From assembly GCA_039028615.1 (NCBI GenBank), contig JBCCHT010000024.1, forward strand, positions 32,001 to 96,000: a DNA stretch of 64,000 bases. The letters run 5' to 3'. Shown here piece by piece: positions 27,324 to 37,439 of this stretch. How positions within the stretch are numbered: position 1 is the first letter of the stretch; every line of letters starts with the position of its first letter. A program made the position numbers and the translations under genes. The notes beneath the pieces are model-generated. The model saw only the letters and a program-made list of their open reading frames with translations, searched no databases and was not told the DNA's origin. The DNA comes from Myxococcota bacterium. Its GTDB lineage: Bacteria > Myxococcota_A > Polyangia > Nannocystales > Nannocystaceae.

Positions 27324-29672
27324 CTATCCGGCGATATTGCACTGGATGGGGCCGTGCGTGCGGTTGTTCTCCGCCCGACACTCTTCCCAGGGGTGCTCGG
27401 GCATGCCGTCGTCCACGACGACCCACACGTCCACGTCGCCCGCCCGCAGGGCCTCGGAGGCGTCGGGGAGCAGCAGGTCCAGGTCCTCGGCCTCGGCCGG
27501 GTAGAGGGTCTTGGTGGTCAGCAGCGAGCCCAGCAGGCTGCCGCCCGCGGCGGGGTCGCCCTCGTAGAAGCCGACCACCACGCCCTCGGGCACGGCGGCT
27601 CGGCCGAGGTTGCGGATCCGTGCGGTCACGCCGAACTCGCTCGGCGAGCAGATGGGCAGGATGCTCGCGACCAAGTCGGGCGCGGCGAACTCCCCCTCGG
27701 GCTGGACGTTCTGGCGGAAGTTGTTGAGCCCGGTCACCGACCAGTTGCTGGTCTCCATCACGGGCACCACCCCGTTCTCCTCGATGTTGGTCACGTGATA
27801 GGCGTGCTGGTTCCACACCGGCCGCGTGCGGACCCACTGGTCGTCGCCGAAGACCCGCAGGCCACGCTGCTGAGACCCATCGAGGGGGCAGGTGATGCTG
27901 TGGTAGTCGTTGCTGATCACCACGATGTCCGCGTGCCCGTCGTTGTCGACGTCGGCGACCAGCGGGTACTCCTCGAGGGTCCCGGTGGTGTTGCACTCCT
28001 CGAGCACCACCGCCCCCGTCGCTCCGTCGTAGATCCGCAGGTACTGCTCGTCGCCGTACACGACCTCGGCGCTGCCGTTGCCGTCGAAGTCGAACACCGA
28101 GGAGCCCGTGCGCCGCGAAGAGCAGTCCTGGGCAGGCGTGATCCACATCAGCGTATCGGCGTCGGCGATTGCGGGGTTCATGAGCGCCGCGCCGTCGAAC
28201 ACCGCATAGCCCACGCCCGCGGCCACGCCGACGTCGGGCGTGCCGTCCCCGTTGAAATCGGCGATGGTGGGCGGGCCGCCGCCCGTGCCGCCCGTACAGG
28301 CCCCCAGCGCACCGTTGATGTTGATGTTCTGGCGGATGATCTGCGCCCCGCCCGGCATGGCCGGGTCGACCCGCCACAGATACAGGGTGTGGTTGTTGGT
28401 CTGGATGACCGCGATCTCGGCCCCGCCGTCCCCGTCGAAGTCAGCCACTGCCGCGTGCTGCCCGTTGATGCCCACGTCGGCCACCTGGGTGCCATCGGGG
28501 TCGAAGACGTAGCGCGGGCCCACGACCTCGAGCTGGCCGTCCCCGTCGACGTCGGAGGTCACCACCGAGAACTGCGAGGCGAAGGTGATCTCGGTCATGC
28601 CGGTCACGCCGTCGATGATCCCCGCCTGCTCGATGATCTCGGCCGTGCCGTCCTGGTCGAGGTCGGCGATGGAGGGCATGAAGCAGCCTCCCGAGTAGTC
28701 GGAGGTCCACAGCTCGCTGCCGTCGTGATCGAAGGCGCGGACGCGGCCGGTGTTGGTGCAGGTGACGATCTCGTTGCCGGGGGTGCCGTCGATGTTGCCG
28801 CCCGCGATCGAGCGCCCCGGGTGGATCTGGTTGGCGTCGCCCGCGGTCACCGACCACTTGTCGACGAGCACGCCGTCGACGATCGAGATCGCGTGCAGGG
28901 TGCCGTTGTTGTTGTAGTCGTTCCCGAGGAAGGTGGTGAAGATCATCTCCGGGAGGTCGCGCTCGTCGACGACGGCGTCGCAATTGTCGTCGTCGAGCTG
29001 CACCACGATGGGGGCCATCATCGAGTTGCCCTGGTCCCAGTGGTACTTGAGCTCGGGCGCGAAGCTGGTCTCGGGGATGACCTCGCACTGCGGCAGGCAG
29101 TCGATGTCCTCGCCCTCGGTCGGCTCGACCCCGGCCGGGCACTCGGGGGGCTCGGGCAAGCAGCGACCGGTGGCCGGGGACACGCCGCCCTGGCACATGC
29201 CCCCGCCGCCGCCCTTGCCCGGCTCGCCCAGCGAGTACTCGCAGTAGTGATCATCGGGGCACTCGCTGGCGTCGACGCACTCCTCTCCCGGCACGACGCA
29301 CTGCTGGAACGAGCACACTTCGGTGTCGCCACAGCACACCTCGTCGCAGGCTTGCTCGACGGCACAGCACACGCCCTCGATGCACTCGCCCTCGCATTCG
29401 TCTCCGCAGGTCGGTCCGGTCTCGGTGCCCGTGTCGTCGACGCCTTCGGTGTCGCTCGCGTCGTCGGTCTCGCCGCCCGTGCTCGTGCCCCCGCCCGCGG
29501 TGATGATCCCGGGATCGGTGCCGCCTCCCGCTCGGCCGTCGTCGCCGGAGCACGCAGTCAGCGCCAATGCAGCGCAGGGCAGGCAGACAATGAGGAAGGG
29601 GCGGGGGCGGAGGGGCAGGCGCAGGACTCGAGGCACGATGGGGGGCTCCAATGTATGACCTTTGGACACCAC
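27324..29672 (-). CDS. FG-GAP/VCBS beta-propeller lipoprotein with Cys-rich region and CARDB-like C-terminus
   Basis: Lipobox LTAC, repeated DxDGDG..E motifs, SSVFDFDGNG and WNQHAYHVTN. Start uncertain. Confidence 0.88.
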   Translation of the reverse strand: MVSKGHTLEPPIVPRVLRLPLRPRPFLIVCLPCAALALTACSGDDGRAGGGTDPGIITAGGGTSTGGETDDASDTEGVDDTGTETGPTCGDECEGECIEGVCCAVEQACDEVCCGDTEVCSFQQCVVPGEECVDASECPDDHYCEYSLGEPGKGGGGGMCQGGVSPATGRCLPEPPECPAGVEPTEGEDIDCLPQCEVIPETSFAPELKYHWDQGNSMMAPIVVQLDDDNCDAVVDERDLPEMIFTTFLGNDYNNNGTLHAISIVDGVLVDKWSVTAGDANQIHPGRSIAGGNIDGTPGNEIVTCTNTGRVRAFDHDGSELWTSDYSGGCFMPSIADLDQDGTAEIIEQAGIIDGVTGMTEITFASQFSVVTSDVDGDGQLEVVGPRYVFDPDGTQVADVGINGQHAAVADFDGDGGAEIAVIQTNNHTLYLWRVDPAMPGGAQIIRQNININGALGACTGGTGGGPPTIADFNGDGTPDVGVAAGVGYAVFDGAALMNPAIADADTLMWITPAQDCSSRRTGSSVFDFDGNGSAEVVYGDEQYLRIYDGATGAVVLEECNTTGTLEEYPLVADVDNDGHADIVVISNDYHSITCPLDGSQQRGLRVFGDDQWVRTRPVWNQHAYHVTNIEENGVVPVMETSNWSVTGLNNFRQNVQPEGEFAAPDLVASILPICSPSEFGVTARIRNLGRAAVPEGVVVGFYEGDPAAGGSLLGSLLTTKTLYPAEAEDLDLLLPDASEALRAGDVDVWVVVDDGMPEHPWEECRAENNRTHGPIQCNIAG

Positions 29673-29806
29673 CCCCGCCGAAATCTCCGTCCGAACCCGT
29701 ATTGAGCCATGGGACGGTGTTTACGGCGCTCTATTCGCGATGAGACCGGCCAGCGATGGCACGGTGCTGGTCGCTCGGCGCAGCCTCGGGCTACTCTGCC
29801 GCCGCC

Positions 29807-30595
29807 ATGAAGCCTCCGCGAACAGCGCAGCTGCTGACCGTTTCCGCGCTGGTCACCGCGTTCGTCGTGGGGCCGGTGCCGGTCGCCATCGCGGCGCCCG
29901 CGGCCGAGGGCAGCACGGCCGAGCCCGAGACGGTCGACGCGGCCGAGAGCACGGACGCGCCTGCGGACGACTCGGCGCCCGAAGCCGCGGGAGAACCCGA
30001 GGCGGAGCCCGCCGCCGAGGCGGAGTCCGAGTCGCCGACAGAGGGCGAAGGGACCGAGCCGGACCCGGCCGCAGTCGAAGAGCCTGCACCCGAGCCGGAG
30101 CCTGCACCGGAGCCGGAGCCCGAGCCGGAGCCCGAACCCGAGGCTGCACCCACGGTCACGGTGAAGCCGGGCGAAGTCTCCATCGGTCCGTCGGCGGGCA
30201 AGTCCACGGGCGACGTGCCTCCGCAGGAGAGCCTGGTCGACGAGCGTCGCACCCGGGCCGACGAGCGGATGTTGCTGCGCGCGAGCGGTCTGTCGTTCGG
30301 CGTGGCCGCGGTGGCCTTGGTGCCGATGATTGTCGGATTGCAGCAAGCCAACGCGGCGCAACGCGAGCGCTCGGCGCTCGGCGGCAGCGATCCGGCCATG
30401 GCCGCCGATCTCGAGAACACCGAGCAGCAGATGACGACGCTGGCCATCGCCGGTGGCGTGGTCGCGGGCGCCCAGCTGGTGACCGGTGCGGTGCTGCTGG
30501 GCTTGGCCCTGCGACGTCCCGCGTCCGAGCGCCACGCCTTCGCGCCCGCGGTCGGTCGCGGACAGCTCGGCGTCGTCTGGCGGGCTCGCTTCTAG
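29807..30595 (+). CDS. exported protein with Pro/Glu linker, two hydrophobic segments and C-terminal Phe
   Basis: Signal-like N-terminus, (PE)n tract and C-terminus GVVWRARF. Confidence 0.7.
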   Translation: MKPPRTAQLLTVSALVTAFVVGPVPVAIAAPAAEGSTAEPETVDAAESTDAPADDSAPEAAGEPEAEPAAEAESESPTEGEGTEPDPAAVEEPAPEPEPAPEPEPEPEPEPEAAPTVTVKPGEVSIGPSAGKSTGDVPPQESLVDERRTRADERMLLRASGLSFGVAAVALVPMIVGLQQANAAQRERSALGGSDPAMAADLENTEQQMTTLAIAGGVVAGAQLVTGAVLLGLALRRPASERHAFAPAVGRGQLGVVWRARF

Positions 30596-30596
30596 C

Positions 30597-32153
30597 TCAC
30601 TGGCACTGCTCGCCGCAGGGCCCGAACACACACTCGAGCAGCGCGTCGAAGAGCGGGGGCGTGCGGGTGAGTCCGCAGGGCTCGAGGCACTGCTCGACCG
30701 GCTCGTCTTCGGCGACGCAATCGGCCACGCACTCGCAGTCGGCGTCGCGGTAGCACGCGACGAGCTGAGACTTGCAGGTGGTGTCGATGCACGTGTCGCA
30801 CTCGTCTCGCCCGCCGCCCTCCACGAACTCGGGGCAGGTGTCGATGCCCCCCGCGATGGCCTGAAGCTGGAGCTGCACCCGCAAGTCGATCGCGTCGCGC
30901 AGCTCTTGCACCGCCCCGGCATCGACCGCGTCGCCCAGGACCGGAAGCACCGCGTCGAGCCGGTCACTGAGGCTCTGCGGCGACGCGGCGCCCATCAAGA
31001 AGCCCTCGAGGATGCCCAGGTACTCCTGCACGCGCGTGGGGTCGGCGAGCAGCTTGTTGGAGATCGGCCACTCGGTGGTATTGCGCCCGTAGCCGCAGGG
31101 ATCGGGCAGGACCCCCTGCGAGAAGTTCATGTCCCACGGCAGCATGATGAAGCGCCCCGGGGTGGACTCGTACAGGTAGTAGTTGTGCCCGAACGAGGCG
31201 TAGTAGTCGTAGTTGCCCACGCCCACGTTCATGGCGTGATAGGTCAGCGCCTGGGTCTCGTCGAGCACGGGGGCGAAGGCCTCGACGCCCTGCTCGTTGA
31301 TCACGGTCAGCAGCTGGAGCAGCGAGGCATGGTCGGTCCCGGAGGCGTCGGGCCACTTGAACTGGATCTCGGGCTCGTAGTCGCCGATGGTCGGCCCGCG
31401 CCACGCCAGGTTGCCGATGGGTTCCTCGGGCTTGTACAGGTCGCCGAAGGGCTCGTCGTAGTGGCAGCGGATGAACTTGCCCTGCAGGTGCTCGACCATC
31501 GTGTACAGGCCGAGCTCTTCTCCGTTGACGGTCACACGGGCAAAGCCCACTCGGGCGGTGGGCACCCCGTGGGCCCGGATGGCGCCGTAGCTCAGGTACT
31601 CGTTGACGGTGGTGATGCCATCGAGGTTGGTGTGGAGGTTGAGCTTGGTCAGCCCGTCGAAGGATTGTTCGGGGTCGACCCGGTCGAAGTCCAGCTTGAG
31701 CGGGAACGAGTGCCCTTGCTCGCGGGCGACGAGCAACGACGAGTGACCTTTGAGCCGCACCGCCAGCGGCGAGGCCAGGGGCACGCCGTCGAACTGGAAT
31801 TCGGCGTCGAAGTAGGTCTTGTCGGGGCCGCCGTACTCGGGGCTGTCCTCGGCCTCTTGGATCATGGCGGCCCAGTCGGCGTCGGAGAGCTGAAGGCTCA
31901 GCTCGTGCACCACGGTCTCGTCGAAGACCATGGCCCCGCGGGCGCAGGCCTCCACGTCGCCGCCGGTCGGGTTGCTCCCCGTGTCGTCGGCCATGCCTTC
32001 GGTGGTGTCGCTGGCGCTGGTCGAGCCGGTACCGCCGCTGGTGGTCGAGCTGCCGCTGCCCGTGCCTCCGCCTCCCCCTCCGCCGCAGGCGAGCGAGGCC
32101 ACCAAGAGGCCGGCGAGGGGCCAGGCACGGCACAGTTCGACGGAGACCAACAC
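30597..32153 (-). CDS. CotH kinase family lipoprotein
   Basis: Lipobox SLAC, VRLKGHSS, PLKLDFD, NEYLSY, LGLYTMVE, HNYYLY and LPWDMNFS; Cys-rich tail. GTG start inferred. Confidence 0.88.
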   Translation of the reverse strand: MLVSVELCRAWPLAGLLVASLACGGGGGGGTGSGSSTTSGGTGSTSASDTTEGMADDTGSNPTGGDVEACARGAMVFDETVVHELSLQLSDADWAAMIQEAEDSPEYGGPDKTYFDAEFQFDGVPLASPLAVRLKGHSSLLVAREQGHSFPLKLDFDRVDPEQSFDGLTKLNLHTNLDGITTVNEYLSYGAIRAHGVPTARVGFARVTVNGEELGLYTMVEHLQGKFIRCHYDEPFGDLYKPEEPIGNLAWRGPTIGDYEPEIQFKWPDASGTDHASLLQLLTVINEQGVEAFAPVLDETQALTYHAMNVGVGNYDYYASFGHNYYLYESTPGRFIMLPWDMNFSQGVLPDPCGYGRNTTEWPISNKLLADPTRVQEYLGILEGFLMGAASPQSLSDRLDAVLPVLGDAVDAGAVQELRDAIDLRVQLQLQAIAGGIDTCPEFVEGGGRDECDTCIDTTCKSQLVACYRDADCECVADCVAEDEPVEQCLEPCGLTRTPPLFDALLECVFGPCGEQCQ

Positions 32154-32292
32154 CGAGCGAGGATCCCCCACTTTCGGGCCCGGGCTCAAGTCGAGTCGGG
32201 CCGGGGGCGCTTGGCAGGGTCGGCGACCTCGTCGACAATGCGGCCTCGGATCGACGCATGCGGACGACGCAAAAACCCTACGGAGAGCAGCG

Positions 32293-33459
32293 ATGCCCCG
32301 CCTACGTCTGAAACGGTCGCTCGCGCGCACGATCCGTCGCGGTCACCCGTGGGTCTACCGCGACGCGCTCGAGGGGCGCATCCCCGCGCCGGGCACCGAG
32401 GTCTCGGTGACGGACGAGCGCGGCCGCGTCGTCGGTCGAGGCCTGGCCGAAGCGGGCCCGATCGGCGTTCGCATGTGGACGGTCGGCGACGAGCCCATCG
32501 ACGACGCGCTGATTGGCCGTCGCCTCGACGCCGCGGTGGAGCTGCGCCGACGGATGATGCCCCGCAAGACCGACGCGGTGCGGCTGGTGCACGGCGAGGG
32601 GGATCGCATGCCAGGGGTGGTCGTCGATCTCTACGGCCCGCACGCGGTGCTGGCCCTCGACGGAGAGGCGGCGCTCGCTCGTCGTGAGCCAGTGCTGGCG
32701 GCACTGCGGCCACGCCTCCATGCGCTGGGCGTGCCCACCGTCCTCAGCCGCTCCGGGCCCCGGGGGCAGCGGACGATCGAGCACCTCGAAGGACCCGAGC
32801 CTCCCGCCATCGTGCAGGTTCGCGAGCACGGCATGGTGCTGTGCGCCGACCTCATGAAGGGCCAGAAGACGGGCCTGTTCCTCGACCAACGCGACTCCCG
32901 GGCCATGGTGCGGCGGCTCGCGAAACGAGGCCGGGTGCTCGACCTGTACTCCTACGTCGGCGGGTTCTCGGTGGCGGCGGGCAAGGGCGGCGCCCGCGAG
33001 GTGGTCACGGTGGACATCGCCAAGCCGGCGATCGGGATGGCCCGGCAAGCGTGGGCCGCCAACGAGCTGCCGCCCGAGCGCCATCGACCGGTCTCCGCCG
33101 ACGTGCCGGTCTTGCTCGAGACCATGGAGCACGACGGGGAGCGCTTCGATCTCATCATCGCCGATCCGCCGAGCTTCGCCCCGTCGGCCGAGACTCGCGA
33201 GCGAGCGCTGCGGGCGTACACGAAGCTGCATCAGTCCTGTCTCCAGTTGCTGGAGCCGGGTGGCCTATTGTTGGCCGCAAGCTGTAGCAGTCACGTCGAT
33301 CGCCCTGCGTTCGAAGGGGCGCTGATGCAGGCCGCGGACTCGGCCCGGGCCGTTCTACAGGTGATCGACCGGTGGGCTGCACCGCCCGACCATCCTCGCC
33401 TGCTCGCCTTCCCCGAGGGCGATTACCTCACCGTAACGTTGGTCCGTCGCGTTGCATGA
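32293..33459 (+). CDS. RlmI/RlmK-family class I SAM-dependent rRNA methyltransferase
   Basis: PUA-like RRGHPWVY, RLVHGEGDRMPG, GQKTGLFLDQR, VLDLYSYVGGF and DPPSFA. Confidence 0.92.
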   Translation: MPRLRLKRSLARTIRRGHPWVYRDALEGRIPAPGTEVSVTDERGRVVGRGLAEAGPIGVRMWTVGDEPIDDALIGRRLDAAVELRRRMMPRKTDAVRLVHGEGDRMPGVVVDLYGPHAVLALDGEAALARREPVLAALRPRLHALGVPTVLSRSGPRGQRTIEHLEGPEPPAIVQVREHGMVLCADLMKGQKTGLFLDQRDSRAMVRRLAKRGRVLDLYSYVGGFSVAAGKGGAREVVTVDIAKPAIGMARQAWAANELPPERHRPVSADVPVLLETMEHDGERFDLIIADPPSFAPSAETRERALRAYTKLHQSCLQLLEPGGLLLAASCSSHVDRPAFEGALMQAADSARAVLQVIDRWAAPPDHPRLLAFPEGDYLTVTLVRRVA

Positions 33460-33562
33460 GCGGCCCACCGGTCGTTCGGATCGATGCGTACTCGAGACCT
33501 CGCGTCAGGGCTGACGGGCCCGCGTTTTGCCCTGTACCCTCGGGGCAACGAGGAACCCCACC

Positions 33563-34174
33563 ATGCGCACACAGTTCTTGCTCGTACTCTCGATGGTTTT
33601 GACGGTTGCCTGCGACGCCAATGAAGATGGCGTCAAAGTGGGCGGCAAAGATGGTGTCGTCGTCGGCAAAGACGGGGTGAAGGTCGGCGGCAAAGATGGC
33701 GTGGTCGTCGACAAGAACGGGGTGAAGGTCGGCGGCAAAGAAGGCGTCAAGGTCGGCGAGAAGGGCGTCGTGGTCGGCGGCAAGGATGGCGTGAAGGTCG
33801 GCGAGGACGGAGTCAAAGTCGGCAAGGACAATGTCGTCGTCGGCCCGGGCGGCGTTCAGATCGACGGCAAGAAGCTCGCGGTGGGCGAGACCGAGATCGA
33901 GGGCAACGACGCGAAGTACCGCTGCCCGACCGGCGACTGTGCCCAGTCGTGTGCCGAGGGCAAGTCGTGCAAGGCGAGCTGTAGCGGCGGCGGCTGCAAG
34001 CAAGACTGCGGCAAGTCCAGCGACTGCAAGCTGTCGTGCAGCGGAGGCAACTGCGAGCAGACCTGCCCCGCGTCCGCGCCCAAGTGCAACCTGAGCTGCA
34101 GCGGCGGCGAGTGCAAGCAGGCCTGCGACGGGCCCGACTGCAACAAGAGCTGCTCGGGCGACGGCTGTGCCTGA
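33563..34174 (+). CDS. repeat-rich lipoprotein (DGVKVGGK repeats + 18-Cys C-terminal repeats)
   Basis: GAGGA RBS, lipobox TVAC, ~11 x [D/E/N]GV[K/V]VG repeats and periodic Cys. Confidence 0.8.
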   Translation: MRTQFLLVLSMVLTVACDANEDGVKVGGKDGVVVGKDGVKVGGKDGVVVDKNGVKVGGKEGVKVGEKGVVVGGKDGVKVGEDGVKVGKDNVVVGPGGVQIDGKKLAVGETEIEGNDAKYRCPTGDCAQSCAEGKSCKASCSGGGCKQDCGKSSDCKLSCSGGNCEQTCPASAPKCNLSCSGGECKQACDGPDCNKSCSGDGCA

Positions 34175-35267
34175 GCCCCACGGCATACCGTTGCAGCGAG
34201 TCATCGGGCCGAGCGGACTCGGCCTGATGCTGCTGGCGGGCTGTCAGCTCGCCAGCCAGGGCGGTGGTTCGGCGGGCGCCGATGCGGGCGTCGCCGAGGG
34301 CACGACCACCACCGGGGAATCGTCGTTGACGCTCATGCCCTCGACCAGCGGGGTGGGCGAGCTGCCCGACTCGGGGGAGACGAGCGGTGTCTCGACCGGC
34401 ACGCCCACGGACGACCCCACCACGAGCGTCGACGAAACCGGCGAGGACACGGACGAGACTGGGACGGGGGAACGACCGTTGCCGCCTCCGCCTCCCTTTG
34501 TCGACGTCACGCTCGCGCCCAACCTCGGGTCGGATCAGCACGACTTCGGGCCGACCCTCCGTTCGGACCTGCTCGAGATTTACTTCGTGTCCGATCGCTA
34601 CAACGACCTGGACATCTTCGTGGCCACCCGAGTCTCGACCGATCAACCCTGGGGGCTGCCTCAGCTGGTCTACGGCGGCGTCAGCACGCTGGCCAACGAG
34701 ACCCATCCCGAGCTGTCGCCCGACGGCCTGGCCCTGGCGTTCTCCAGCGATCGCGACAGCGATGACTACGAGGTCTACTTCATCGTCCGGGACAATGTCG
34801 GCGGGCTGTGGAGCCAACCCGAGGTGATCCCGAGCCTCGGATCGCCGGGGCAGGAGTTCGCGTTGACGGCTCAGGCCGACGCTCAGACGGTGCTGTTTTG
34901 CTCCGATCGATCACCGAGCGATGGGATCGATGTCTGGCGGGTTCTGTTCGACGGCGCGCGCCATTCCGAGCCGGAGCGGCTGCAGGATCTGGCCTCGCCG
35001 GGCACCGACTGTCCGGGCACCAGCTCGGGCGACATGACTTGGCTCGCGATGGGCTCCGATCGAGCGGGGGGCATGGGCGACTCGGACCTGTGGATCGCCC
35101 AACAAACAGAGTCCGGCGAGGGTTACTGGCCACCGCATAACCTCGCCGAGCTCAACACCACCGCCGCAGAACGCGATCCCTGGGTGTCCGAGGATCTGGG
35201 AGTCATCTACTTCGCCAGTGATCGGTCGGGAGACCTGGAGATCTATCAGGCCCGCGCGCAGCGTTGA
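34167..35267 (+). CDS. TolB-like/PD40 beta-propeller lipoprotein
   Basis: Lipobox LAGC, Thr/Ser linker, repeated P.LS.DG..L.FSSDR units. Start uncertain. Confidence 0.82.
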   Translation: MPEPHGIPLQRVIGPSGLGLMLLAGCQLASQGGGSAGADAGVAEGTTTTGESSLTLMPSTSGVGELPDSGETSGVSTGTPTDDPTTSVDETGEDTDETGTGERPLPPPPPFVDVTLAPNLGSDQHDFGPTLRSDLLEIYFVSDRYNDLDIFVATRVSTDQPWGLPQLVYGGVSTLANETHPELSPDGLALAFSSDRDSDDYEVYFIVRDNVGGLWSQPEVIPSLGSPGQEFALTAQADAQTVLFCSDRSPSDGIDVWRVLFDGARHSEPERLQDLASPGTDCPGTSSGDMTWLAMGSDRAGGMGDSDLWIAQQTESGEGYWPPHNLAELNTTAAERDPWVSEDLGVIYFASDRSGDLEIYQARAQR

Positions 35268-35300
35268 GGGCGGTTGCATCCCCGCAGGGGGTGCTCCAAA

Positions 35301-35945
35301 GTGGCCTCGGTGCCCGACGACGAGGATCAGGAGATCGCGCTGCTCTATGCGTGGCGGGCAGGCGATCGTGGCGCGGGCGACCGCCTGATGCGTCGGTACT
35401 ACGGACGCGTGCTCGGGTTCTTCCGGCTGCGTGCGATGACGGCCGCCGAGGACCTGACCCAGCGGACCTTCCTCGCATGCACCGAGAGCCGCGAGCGGCT
35501 TCGGGTCTCGAGCTTCCGGGCGTTCTTGTTCGGGGTCGCGCGCAACATGCTGCTCAAGCACATGGAAGCCGAGTCGCGGAAGGCCCAGACCATGGACGAG
35601 TTCGGGGTGGGCCGACCCCAGAGCGTGCTGAGCCCCAGCGGCGTCGTGGCGCAGCGGCGCGAGCACTGGCTGTTGCTGCGCGCGCTCGACCGCCTGCCCG
35701 ACGAGTCCCAGACGATAATTGCGCTGTTTTATGTCCAGGGGCTGCGGGCGCGGGAAATAGCCGATGTTCTGGGTATGCCGACGAGCACCGTCACTACGCG
35801 ATTGTCGCGTTCACGGGACACTCTGCGGTCCGAAGTGGAGCAACTTCGGGCGCCAGTCGAGGTTCGGCGCTCGTTGCTCTCCGATTTGGAGACCTGGGCC
35901 CGCTCTTTGGGCGCTCTGACCGAGTCGGAGTCTCACCCACGTTGA
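35301..35945 (+). CDS. ECF-family RNA polymerase sigma factor
   Basis: sigma2 (AEDLTQRTF, FRAFLFGVARN) and sigma4 (EIADVLGMPTSTVTTRLSRSR). Start uncertain (35274-35310). Confidence 0.92.
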   Translation: MASVPDDEDQEIALLYAWRAGDRGAGDRLMRRYYGRVLGFFRLRAMTAAEDLTQRTFLACTESRERLRVSSFRAFLFGVARNMLLKHMEAESRKAQTMDEFGVGRPQSVLSPSGVVAQRREHWLLLRALDRLPDESQTIIALFYVQGLRAREIADVLGMPTSTVTTRLSRSRDTLRSEVEQLRAPVEVRRSLLSDLETWARSLGALTESESHPR

Positions 35946-35981
35946 GGTGTCCCGCCATGGTCCCTATCATGGGACCCCGGC

Positions 35982-37439
35982 GTGAACCTCCCCGCCAACC
36001 GGCAGCACACCATTCGCGGACTCTCGCCGGGCACCCGGTTGGGTCGCCATGTCGTAGTGCGTCGACTCGGCAGCGGCGGCATGGCCGAGCTGTACTTGTC
36101 GCGACTCGATGGTCCCGAGGGATTCGTCAAGCCGGTCGCGCTCAAGTTGATGCACCCGCACCTGTCGGACGATGCTCATTTCGCGCGCATGTTCCTCAAG
36201 GAAGCGCGAATCGCGGCCACGCTCGAGCATCCGTCGATCGTGCAAGTGCTCGACGTCGGAGAGTTCGGCGGCGAGTACTTCATGGCCTTGGAGTACGTGC
36301 ACGGCCGAGACCTGCGTCGCATCTTGGCCGACCAAAAGGGCAAGCCGCCGCCGCTCGGATGTGCGCTTCGAATCGTGCTGGAGATCGGGCGAGCGCTGCA
36401 CTACGCCCATCGACTTCGTGACTCCACCGGTCGCGGCATGGGCATCGTTCATCGCGACGTGTCGCCCAGCAATGTGCTCATCTCGTACCAAGGTGCGGTG
36501 AAGCTGGCCGACTTCGGCGTGGCCAAGGTCGTCGAGCGCAGCACCGCCACCGCCTCGGGTTCGCTCAAGGGGAAGATGGGCTACATGTCGCCCGAGCAGT
36601 GCTTGCAAGAGCACGTGGACGCTCGCAGTGACGTGTTCGCCCTCGGGGTGGTGCTCTACGAGACGACCACTGCCCGCCGGGCGTTCCGTGGCGAGCAACC
36701 GGTGGCGGTGATGAACGACGTCATCGACGGGGTCTGGAAGGCGCCGTCCGAGCTGGTGTCCGACTACCCGTCGCGCCTGCAACAGATCGTGACCCGGGCG
36801 CTCGAGGTCGACGTCGAAAAGCGCTACGCGAGCGCGGAGGCGATGGTCGAAGAGATCGAGGCCTTCGCTCGGGAGGCGGGCATCGACACCCGCGTGGAGG
36901 TCCTGGCCGAGTTCCTCAGCGAGCGTTACGGGCAGCCCGCATTGCCCGACCTCGAAGTCGAGCAGCCCGAGGCCCCGCAGATCCGCAGCCTGGTCGCGGA
37001 GATGTCCGGCCAGGCGCCCATCGTCGAGGGCCCGGCGGCCAACCCCTCGCGACGCTGGGTCACCGGCCTGGCGTTGATGGGGGTGCTGGCGCTCGGGGGC
37101 TTGTTGGGCTGGCAGGCGGGGCGCTCTTCCGACGACCCCGCGGCCTCCGATCGAATCGATGCCCGGCCCGCGCCCGTCCAAGACATGGCGACCGCGGTGC
37201 CGCCGAACTCCGAAGCCGCGGTGGTCGAGCCCGCCGTGCCCGTGGCGGTGGCCAAGCCCGGCGAGGCTCAGCCCACCAAGGCTCCCTCCGTCGACCCGAC
37301 CACCGAGACGCCGACGGCAGCAACCGAGCCGGCCGAGGCCGCGCCCAAGCCCAAGGCCAAGCGACGCCGTCGAAAAAAGAAGCCCCGCAAGACCGAGACC
37401 GAGCGGGCGCGTGAGATCCTGTTCCCCGGCTCTCCATGA
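35982..37439 (+). CDS. membrane Ser/Thr protein kinase
   Basis: LGSGGMAELY, VALK, HRDVSPSN, DFGVAK, GKMGYMSPE, then a TM helix and Pro/Ala-rich tail. Confidence 0.95.
   Translation: MNLPANRQHTIRGLSPGTRLGRHVVVRRLGSGGMAELYLSRLDGPEGFVKPVALKLMHPHLSDDAHFARMFLKEARIAATLEHPSIVQVLDVGEFGGEYFMALEYVHGRDLRRILADQKGKPPPLGCALRIVLEIGRALHYAHRLRDSTGRGMGIVHRDVSPSNVLISYQGAVKLADFGVAKVVERSTATASGSLKGKMGYMSPEQCLQEHVDARSDVFALGVVLYETTTARRAFRGEQPVAVMNDVIDGVWKAPSELVSDYPSRLQQIVTRALEVDVEKRYASAEAMVEEIEAFAREAGIDTRVEVLAEFLSERYGQPALPDLEVEQPEAPQIRSLVAEMSGQAPIVEGPAANPSRRWVTGLALMGVLALGGLLGWQAGRSSDDPAASDRIDARPAPVQDMATAVPPNSEAAVVEPAVPVAVAKPGEAQPTKAPSVDPTTETPTAATEPAEAAPKPKAKRRRRKKKPRKTETERAREILFPGSP

Noticed and set aside
30079..30142. 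GAGCCC/GAGCCG hexamer runs (also ~37750-37800)
   Set aside because: They simply encode Pro-Glu linkers.
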